A DNA stretch of 56,162 nucleotides, counting the filler, from Sluysia triapertura (lineage: Eukaryota), in assembly GCA_046118255.1 (NCBI GenBank). It is 4 parts of 4 records of this genome, joined end to end, with 100 filler letters (N's around TTAATTAATTAA, not from the genome) between each part and the next. Parts side by side here need not be neighbours in the genome. Positions count along the whole stretch, not along the records: positions 20,599 to 31,496 come from JBJNIA010191795.1; positions 31,597 to 44,558 come from JBJNIA010068620.1; positions 44,659 to 56,162 come from JBJNIA010184001.1; 1 more part is not named here. One strand, given 5' to 3'. Position numbers and translations under genes: made by a program. Under the pieces are notes generated by a model. That model searched no databases. It saw nothing but the letters and a program-made list of their open reading frames with translations, and had not been told where the DNA came from. This document shows, piece after piece, positions 27,463 through 47,139 of this stretch. How positions within the stretch are numbered: the stretch's first letter is position 1; the number at the start of each line of letters is the position of its first letter.

Positions 27463-28339
27463 ATTTAAATGCTTCTCTGTTTAAATTTAATAAAATTTAA
27501 TACTATCATGTATATTAATTGTGAAAAATTAATTTTACCACTTTTTTAACGGTTGAATTTTCGATGAATAGGAAAATTATAATTCTAATAAAAATGTGCA
27601 TCTAATGAAAGCGTAATTTTTACTTAAAGTATGTTCTTGCACTTCGTTTAAATAAATATTCTTGCATAAAATAGCGAAATGGATTTGAATCATTTTTAAA
27701 TAAACAAAATATACATTTTCGTAAGCTGTAATTTAAGAATATACTTAAAGTATAATATACTTTCAGTAGGAATTGTACTTTACCTGAGCTTAAATTTTAT
27801 TTTTTGTATTCGTACACAACTTCAAAAAATTTACCCTTAGGGATTTTACCTTTAATTAAAAAAATTACCCTTAAATTTTTTCTAAATTACCTATTAAATA
27901 AATTAAAAATAAAAATAACTTCAATAAATTCAAATAAAATTAATTTGTACAAATGTTCATTATTGAAATATTGTAATTGTAATAATTATTTAGATTTCTC
28001 TTTATTACTTTCATAAGTGATGTTTTAACCTTAAATTTTACCCTCATGTTACAAAAATTATTAAACTAACTTTATTAGATTTGTAATATTTTACTAGAGC
28101 GCAATCACTCGATTTAGGACCGTCATTTAGCTTTAAAAATAATTTTGGTAAGTTTTACTTTTTATAAATTCTATCAATCTTATCGCTTCATGATTAATCA
28201 CACTATAATGGAGGTTAATTCAGAAATTGCTTCTGATCGTAGAGATAGAAGCACAAATTTTAGTAGTTAAATCAAAACAAATTAACATTTAATCCACTAC
28301 GGTATACTTATTAATAAAATAAAATTCAATTTGTAATTG

Positions 28340-29030
28340 CTATGCTAGTATTTTCCTATACTCAAGCAAATTATCTGAAGAGTCGATCCGCCTAATATAT
28401 ACGTTTTACACCAAGATTGGAGACGTATTATTAGGATTTACTATAATTTCTTATATTTAGTACTTACCTAACACTTTAACTTACAGAAAATTAATTAATT
28501 AAATTGATTTGAATTTTATTTATATCTTACGCAAACCTTTTTATAGTGTTGCTTATGAAAACTGTTTTTATGAATTTAGAATTTGCGCAACCCTTTTTAT
28601 GGTGTTGCTTTCAAAAAAAAGATTTTAGATTAATAACAAAAACTTGACAAAAATTCCTTAAAATGTATTATAATACAAAGTTTAGAACTTACAAAAAATA
28701 ACTTATAATAATAATAAAATTTTATTATAATTGGTAGTTCTTTATTTTAAATGAATGTTTCGCAACCCTTATTAAGGTGTTGCATTAAAATGAGTTTGAG
28801 TGGATTTTAGGTTTCCTTTCTTAAAGTGAAACCGTATAAACCTATAACAATAATAAGTACTTGTTTATCATGGAAGTGAAAATTTTTTATTGAATTTGCT
28901 TCTGAAACTTTATTGAGTTAAATCTGAAAACTTTATTGTCCTTTATTATTAAAAAACTCACCTATTTATACTTGATTTTAATTCCAAAATGTCTTCCTAT
29001 TATTTAAATTAGTTTATTCAAACAAATTTT
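28340..29030 (-). repeat. conserved non-coding module with three bulged hairpins (28531-28552, 28587-28608, 28762-28783); homolog at 54490-55160
   Basis: Minus-strand GCAAC-A-CC-WTAAWAA-GG-GTTGC x3 (one copy degenerate); collinear shared blocks with the 54.5-55.2 kb region. Confidence 0.75.
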
Positions 29031-29402
29031 AATAATTTCTTTATTATTAATTTTCTTTATTTTTAAGATTTATTAATTTCATTAATTTAATTTTTCTTCA
29101 ATTTAAATTAATTTCAATTCCATTTATTATTTTGAAATTATTTTATATTTTAAACATATTTACTTTAATTTATTTAATATAATAATAATAAATATTTAAT
29201 AAAAATAAAAATATATAATTAAACACAAATTGCATAAATTAAATAAATAAACACAAATTGCACAGATTAAAATTAAAACCTGACAAATACTTCCTTTTTC
29301 GGGAAGATTCGTCCACGAATCATTAAATCAAAGTTATCAATATAATATTATCAATAATCAAAGCTATTTATTATGATAATCACATTATTATAGATGTCTA
29401 GT

Positions 29403-30900
29403 CTAAATCGACTGGTCATCATCGTCTAATAGGTAGTCATAGCGGTACAGCACGTGGGTTTTCTTGTCGTCGTGGAACTTCTGGATCGACAATGGCCGTA
29501 ATTTTTCTGTAGTAACGGTCCGGAGACTCGAATTAGATGGTACTGGTATTGTTGATGTCGTTTGATGATTCAATTTTGATGGCGTTGTTACTGGCGGTGT
29601 GTTGGCTGATGGATTAGTAGTAATAGACTTTGTTAAAGAAGAGATCGAAAAAGAGGAAGAAGTAAAATAAGGATGAGTGACCTTTATTTTTTTAAGAGGA
29701 GGAGAAATACATCGTTGATGACTAGTAGGTTGTGGTTTACAAAGAGCGGAGGGTTGTTTTTCAACACGATATAAATTGTACGTCGCGTTCCCTTATATAA
29801 TCAAGTAAGGTCACCAATTTCGTGGCCATTTGTTTACAAGTCATTACTGGACAAATAGGAAATATTAATCGCAGCGTTTGACGCGCTTTAGGAAAAAGAT
29901 CGTCATCAGAGAATGGAATTAAATTGTGGTTGGATAGGTTAATAATTCCCCTTAGTAGTCCGAAAGGAATACTCAAGGAATCGATAAGAAATTTTGGATT
30001 CAAAGCTACTAGAATCTTATTACATAGAATCCCTATCAACTGGGTACGGACGTCATTGATATCTTTGGCCAACCTAAGGTCGGCGTCCGTAACAGTCTGA
30101 ATATTTCTACGGAAATTCTGGATCCGACAACGGGGTTTTACCCGAGCCTCGGTACGAAACTGGCGGCTGTACGGAGTACAGGTCACACAGATCAATTGTG
30201 GTCTGTTGAGGCAATCCACAGCATATTGAAATGCTACAAACATGAGTCGGTCCTCATCATATGTGGACAAAGGCGGGACGTGTGTATATGATGAACCGCT
30301 CTTCCATCGACTCATTTTGTCTAGATCCCCGCGAAAGGAAGGAAAGAAGGAGAAAAGAGTGGTTTTAGAGGCAAAACAAAAAGAAGGGAAATGTACGTTG
30401 GAAATTCCATCGCCTCAACCGTAACATTACAATCCTTAGACAACTCCGAAAGATGAAGAGTTGAGAAGCCCTCTAAACGCATTACTAAAGGGGTATTTTT
30501 TATTGTCAACGTTATTTTAACTGTGCCTCGCGTGGATGCTGTATACAGGGTGTTGAAATTCTCCGGTGCGCTGGCCATATCGTGTAGTGACACACTTGGT
30601 GCTTTTGCCGACAAAGGAAAGATATGGGTTGCCACATTGTCCGTTATTTCAGATTTCAATTTACAATCTGTGGCGAAAGAATTGGGAAAGAATTGGGAAA
30701 GAATTGGGAAAGAAAATAGGAGAGGAAAGTTCAGCACAGAATTTATCTAAGGAATTATAGAACGATTTAATTTGATGAATTGTCTTAACTTTGACTAGAG
30801 ATTGATGTGGGATTGGTGTTGGAGTTCTAATAAAGAGAATTACAAGTATATAAAAAATGCATAAAAATATAACAAAACACACAAGTAATTATTATTTCAT
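29403..30900 (-). pseudogene. frameshifted ~490-codon intronless ORF chain; N-terminal hydrophobic anchor or signal, Cys-containing middle, S/T/P-rich C-terminus; family unknown
   Basis: Four overlapping same-strand frames: 30882-30661, 30737-30321, ~30414-29761, ~29791-29403. Visibly GC-richer than the flanks. Confidence 0.55.
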
Positions 30901-30938
30901 ATATATATATTCAATTTTGATATAATACATGATGATAT

Positions 30939-31421
30939 TTAGGAGATAGTTAATGTTGTTTGAGAAAAGGATTTTTTTCTTAACCACTCATTTTTCTTAA
31001 AAAACTTTTTAAGTTGGCGTCGTCTATAATTACGCCTTTGTGATTTTGTCAATCCTCTATGGTAGTCAGGTTTCGGAACCTCAAACCCATTATATAGAAC
31101 GTTAGCTTCAAAAAAATTGCTTGGTTGATAAATATCAACAGTAGCATTCTCCTGGAGCCCATGGTAAGCTGCAACAGGAGATGAGTTAGGTTTAATATAT
31201 TTGACAGAAAATTCGTAAGACGTACGAAATGATTTTTTAAAGAAAATATCACATTCTGTGATCGTGGCGCGGCACAAAGGACAAGAGGGTAAAGGAGTGG
31301 GAGCAGAATCAAACAAAAAGTATAGACATCGAAAATGAAAGCGATGTCTACAAGGTATTGCAATAGAGTAATATCTATGTATTGATCTTTGACATATGGA
31401 GCATAAAGTGAAACGTAATTG
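30939..31421 (-). CDS. RING-H2 zinc-finger protein with basic C-terminal tail (open frame lacks an ATG before the RING)
   Basis: Extending the listed ORF upstream gives CSIC-x13-CRHRFHFRC-x14-CPLC, a complete C3H2C3 RING-H2; tail SQRRNYRRRQLKKFFKK. Confidence 0.75.
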   Translation of the reverse strand, partial: QLRFTLCSICQRSIHRYYSIAIPCRHRFHFRCLYFLFDSAPTPLPSCPLCRATITECDIFFKKSFRTSYEFSVKYIKPNSSPVAAYHGLQENATVDIYQPSNFFEANVLYNGFEVPKPDYHRGLTKSQRRNYRRRQLKKFFKKNEWLRKKSFSQTTLTIS

Positions 31422-31436
31422 TTAGACTTCGTAAAA

Positions 31437-31496
31437 TGGACTGACCGGGGATCGAACCCGGGACCATCGTCTGCGCAGTCGATATGCTCTACCACT
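31437..31496 (-). ncRNA. second tRNA-like element, 5'-truncated by the contig end
   Basis: Reverse complement AGTGGTAGAGCATATCGACTGCGCAGACGATGGTCCCGGGTTCGATCCCCGGTCAGTCCA-TTTT, near-identical to 2356-2427 outside the anticodon arm. Confidence 0.8.
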
Positions 31497-31596
31497 NNNN
31501 NNNNNNNNNNNNNNNNNNNNNNNNNNNNNNNNNNNNNNNNTTAATTAATTAANNNNNNNNNNNNNNNNNNNNNNNNNNNNNNNNNNNNNNNNNNNN
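31497..31596. other. artificial contig spacer
   Basis: N44-TTAATTAATTAA-N44. Confidence 0.9.
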
Positions 31597-33102
31597 TGAA
31601 GACGAATGAATGTAAGTCTTATATAATTAGAACTGTTTGTCTTTTAAATGTGTCACCAATTTTTGTAAAATTCATCTTATGTGTATAATAAAAATTTGTC
31701 GTGTTATTTTTATTTAAAAGTTTTCTTTCATAAAGAAAGTTTCGAGTGCCTTAAGCACTAATTTTGTCATAACTTTAGTTTTCACATAAATAAAATTCCT
31801 CGTAATAATATGAATAAAAAAGAAATAATAGTAATATTAATTCTGCTAAATATAAAAATAAATCCACAATAGTAATATTTCGTTATTGTGAGTAATGATC
31901 AAATTTCAAGTAAAATGTTGAACCACACCATTCATTATTAAAGCATTTTAAATGGGTTAAAAACTGTGGGACTCATCTGAAAAGTCAAAAGGAATTATAC
32001 AGCTTTAATAGTACTAAAACCTTTCGAATTATTATTTTGAAGAGTTAATTTAAAGAAACCCACAAACTAAAACTTAACACGTTTGCTTAATTATCATCGA
32101 TTAGGTACCTTAAATGATTAAATTAAATGATTTACCTTAAATTGATTCAACCTAAACCAATCCTAATATAAATTAATATTTTAAATTAACCCATTTGTGA
32201 TTGTAAGTTAATAACATTTAATTGTTTTAAAACCGCGTCAATCTTAAATTGTCTAATTCTTATAGGATTTTCAAGTGCTATATATCTTTATATCACTAAT
32301 GTTTTATATTTTGGTTATTAATAAATGTTAAGTCTTTATGGTATGCTTAATTCTTCGTATATATTACTTCTTTTATATCTAACATTTGGGCACCTGCAAC
32401 AAAATAAAAATCAAAAAATTCTGCTACATATATTCGAATACGTTTAAGTACGAAAGTTTGCTGTTCTAACATCTTTTTATCTAGTTATATAGATTATATA
32501 GATTTATTGAGTATTATACTCAAATGAAACTTCACAAGAATTGTGGAAAGAGATTCAACCTATTAAAAGAGTTTCTTAAATCTAACATAGAATTAGAAGG
32601 AATGTTTTTTAATATTTGTAATAAAAATTGAGTGAATACTCCAAAATTTTCAAGTAAATGGACACTTCTTACACATAGATACAAAAATGTGTTTTTATTT
32701 ATTTCCAATTTGAATTTAAATTATATTTTACGCGAAATGGAAATATATTGTTCCAAGTTATTTATTATGTAATTGTTTTATATTGTTTAAAATACAATAC
32801 TAGATAAAAAGTTAACATTTCAATTTATATAATAATTAGTATTACAATTTAGGATTCAATTAAATTTTAAGCATAATTTAATAAAATATTAATAGAATTT
32901 ATTAAATAAATTTTCATTTATATTTTAATTTTGTTTAAACGTATAAATGCGCATTTTACTTTATTTCAAACTTTAAATTAATTTTAACTTTATATGAGAT
33001 TTTATTATTCTACAATTTTCTGTCAAATTTTTGATTAAATTCATTCCTTTGTAATTTGTTGTATTGTTTTATTTTTACTTCGTTAGCTGGATTAAATGAA
33101 CA

Positions 33103-42829
<9,727 letters not shown>

Positions 42830-43109
42830 GGTTTTGTGTGCAAGTGCTTTTATAAATGTGTGTGCGTGTCTCTGTGTGTGTGTGTGTGTGTCTCAAAAAT
42901 CATTCAATACTGTTGAGATATATTTGTCTAACAGAAAGTAAAGATGAATGTCGCATTTGTGTCAGCTGGATGTGTGAGTGTGCCTATTTGTGTTTACTCA
43001 AATATTTATGAGAATATTCAATAATGTGAGACACTGGAATTTATTGGTTTTCATTTCATAATTTAATAAGGGCTCTTTGATTTAAAACTCGATAAATTAA
43101 ATTCACTTA

Positions 43110-44430
43110 CCGAATTTGTTAGTGACCCCTCATTTTACAATTCAAAATTTATTAAACCCGGAATATTTTGCAAAATTCACTGCTTTTTCTAACATAGAAT
43201 CACTGAAAATCCAAGTTCGATTAGAAGTTGATCTGAACTTCAAATTCTAAGGATAAAAATTATATTTAAAATCACAAATTTAATAATCAATAATTAACTG
43301 TGCGAGTGCTAAGGAATCTTCTAAAGGTGCGGAATGAAATGCGTGGTCATTTTTTGGAAAATAAAAAAGATAGTTATAATTATTGTCCAAGTAATTTTGA
43401 TCAACAAATTGCATGGATTCCTTTTTTACATACAGCGTAAACAGCAGCGTCTCTGCATTCTCGATACGAACAAGAGAAGCACCTCGCCGCACTCAAACGG
43501 GTAAGAAAAGTAATTATTCATCAATTTAATTATAATTTCATTATTTTTAGAAATGAGTTTAAAAATAGGTTTTCCAGTTAGTAAATGAAGATTAATGTAG
43601 TTTTTATTAATCTCATTAGAAATGACTTGATCAGACATGTTTTTTAAACATTATAATCTCGTTTTAAGGCTACAACTTTATGATAACCAAAAAAAGAATT
43701 TAAGGAATATGAATTTATTAATTGTTATTACAAATATAAATTTAATCCTTAATGTTATATGATTATGCTCTTCATTTAACCTTGACCTTGATTGATTATC
43801 TAAAATAAAAGTGACACTTAGACAATGGTTAAATCAACAAATAAAATAATTACATTACCATGTTTCGCCAACGGATAGGTAACGGTCTTACTAGGATGTG
43901 CATACGTGTCAAAAAAAACTTTGAACAGTGTAAAATGGTTGAATCATTGTCAATAATTATCATCGCTTCGAAGATACTGTACGATTTGTAAAATTGGCGC
44001 CGTTATTTTTAGATCTTGGAACAATACACAATCCGTCCATTCGGTTTCATCTAGATGAAATCTAATATTGCTTCTAAAAACATTAATTGGAAATAATCTA
44101 AAAACAACTAATAATTTGGACTTGAATACTCTTCGCATTATTTCTTCAAACATACTATATAATACAAGCTTTGTGAAATGATAATCTTTATTAATACTTA
44201 TTTGAATTAAAATGTCACCACTTCTCTTCTCTCTAAACGTATGTTCTACAGTTAATCTTGAATCGAAAAATATATAATACCTCGTTAGGATGATTGTTTT
44301 TGATAAATAATTGTCATATATATCAATTAGATAAAATGATTCAGAGCCACTAAATTGAAACCATTTACTTGTACATTCTGAAGTTGGAACTACATAGTTT
44401 CTAAACTTGGGGTGTTTGAATTGTTGCGTC
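43110..44430 (-). CDS. unidentified spliced gene fragments or pseudogene
   Basis: Several same-strand open segments (43950-44153, 43280-43492, ~44280-44430) with intron-like boundaries; a consistent phase could not be built. Confidence 0.3.
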
Positions 44431-44558
44431 TTTAAAATGTTTTAGTTATTACAACTCAATATTATTATCTTGATCAGCTTAAACCTTAATAATTTCAATA
44501 GTCAGTATATCAAGTATAATTTTACCGTAATCTTCTTTTATAATATTAATAACTATTA

Positions 44559-44658
44559 NNNNNNNNNNNNNNNNNNNNNNNNNNNNNNNNNNNNNNNNNN
44601 NNTTAATTAATTAANNNNNNNNNNNNNNNNNNNNNNNNNNNNNNNNNNNNNNNNNNNN
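44559..44658. other. artificial contig spacer
   Basis: N44-TTAATTAATTAA-N44. Confidence 0.9.
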
Positions 44659-45189
44659 CTAAATAAATCAGCAATTATCCATATTGACATAACTAATCAC
44701 TGTGTACAAATGAATGTCAACATGGATGGTGGCTCTTCCCTCATGTAATTTGTATTAAACATTATACTGTTCGTCCTACCAGATTTGTTAACACCACTAC
44801 TTTAAATTTTTCTGGTTGGACGACAAATCAGATTGTAATTTAAAAATAACGGTTCAAAAAATTTGGTTACGTTATTCACAATTAATTAAAAAACTTATGT
44901 AAAGGTATTTTTGGTGATCACAATTTATAAAGCGAATATTAAAAAGGTTTTGTGGCGCAAAAATTTTAGATAACAATAATCAATAATGTCACAAAAGTGT
45001 TATTGCGTATTACATTAACATCATTTGGACATTTAGTTTCATTGAACATTTATTTTAAAATTCATAATTAAATACAATGAACATAACATTTTGATATTCA
45101 GTAATTATTTAGGAAACACTTGTAGATCTTCGGAAGCCTGATTTAATTAATTTTAAAATAATTACAAAATTAATAATTTGTAATTAGAC

Positions 45190-47087
45190 CCAAAAACTAT
45201 TTAAATCATAACTAACACTTTTGCGTTTTCGGCTACTAAGCCATTGACCAGAAGTATCTGGTTCTTTTTCAGAACTAAAAGGTTGACCTTCTTCGATTAC
45301 AAAACGAAAATCTTTCAAATAATCACCACCGTTACTTGTTGATCCCAATATCCATTGTAAAATCATCCAAAATCTTTCAATTTCTGTCAAAATTAATGCA
45401 TTAAATTTTAAAGGCTTTTCGGAGTTTTCCAAATTATCATTTTCATCGTCCAAAGAAATTATATTTTTATTCAAGGTTTCTCCTTTTCTTTCTAAAACAG
45501 CATCTATATCATGCTAAATAAGTAATTATAAATTTTATATTTTATAAATATTCGCAGTTTGAAAAACATTTAATGAAAAAATAAGCTCACTTATCATAAA
45601 ATAAAATGTGTTACCTGAGTAATATTAACTTAATATTTTATTTTAATGTGACTTATTGTCCCTGTCCAATTTATCGAAGGTAATAATTATCGTAACATAA
45701 TTTAACTTTGTTGCGTCATTTACAGACAACATTAGGTATTATCAAATATCGCAATAGATTAAAATATACATGTCCTTCAAAACAATAAATCTAGATAACG
45801 TAACTATAAACGCGATGATTTACATTAAAGATGATCACATATAAATACACATAATATAGTATTTGCCATACGATCAGACTACCCAGAGAGAGATCATATG
45901 TTCTAAGTCAGTCCATATTATGACTTCTAACATTTGGTAAACCCACATATCGAATAATCCTTCTAATGTGAAATTAATGAATTAAATCTTGTTTGGGCTC
46001 AATAATAATTGAAATGGGAAAATGTCTTCAGATATAAGTTTGAAAATTGAAATTAAAAATGTATAAGTGAGAAAAATGCTAGTAAATTATAAAAATGGGC
46101 TGAATTTTTGTTGGAAATATATGAATATAAATATTTATTTCGATAGAGAAATAGCAGATATTAAATTCTAATAATGATAATAAAAATTGTAATAAGTACA
46201 ATAATCAATAATAATGGTAATATAATAATAAAAATAACAATAATACTGCAAATTTATCATTTATATTGCATGTTTTTATTTTAATACTGCCTTTACTCAG
46301 AATTTTATCATTTATTATATTTTATGATCTTCTAAGTGCTTAATAAACTATGTCGATTTTAATTTTCAATCTTCAACTTTATTTTGATTTACCCCTGGTA
46401 GTGACAGCTAAATACGTCTTTTGTATTAAAGATAGAAGTACAAATCTGAATCGTCAATCTATAATTAGAACTCTCATTAAAAAATAAAGACGAATTGACA
46501 TTTATTACGAAATAACAAAAATAATAAACTACAATGAAAACGCCACACGGAATTAGTTTTTTAATCTAATATTTTAATTTCATATTATTTATTTAATTTT
46601 AAATAGTGTACTAAAGCATTTATCAAATACTAAAACATTTACCGATTTCATGGTTCAAATAATCAAAAGATGTCTTCGGCAAATCGAAGTTAGAATAAAT
46701 CAAAATCAGATGCTTTTCCAACATACATCCTCTCCAAATCAATCAAATGTTTCTTCAGATATTATTTCGTTATTAAACTTATTATGGTGAATCACATCCT
46801 CATTTAGTGATTTATCTAACTCTTTTATTTGGCCAATTACCCATTCCATAATAATTTCCCTATTCGTTAATTTCATAATTAATTTTCTTTTTAACCAATT
46901 TCTATGTATTTTCTTAACCTGTCTTACTTTTTCTATAATTTAGTTCTGTATATAACACAGATTTATATTGTTTTTACAATACTAACAAAATAGTTAAAAA
47001 ATAATTATAATTAATAATAATAATAAATAATAATAATTTTAATAATCTATTATAAATAGAAAATTTTAATTAAAAAAACTTATTATT

Positions 47088-47139
<52 letters not shown>

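Noticed and set aside
28376-28420. Hammerhead ribozyme (CTGAAGA)
   Set aside because: No stem II followed by GAAA, and the motif is not kept in the homolog.
28531-28783. CRISPR array
   Set aside because: Only 2-3 repeats, irregular spacing (56 and 175 nt), eukaryotic context, no cas genes.
30242-30760. Plus-strand ORFs 30242-30424, 30523-30750, 30566-30760
   Set aside because: Antisense shadows of the GC-richer minus-strand ORF chain.
44659-45190. Naturally truncated FANCJ lacking helicase domain 2
   Set aside because: The contig ends about 530 bp later, so the missing exons are most simply on another contig.
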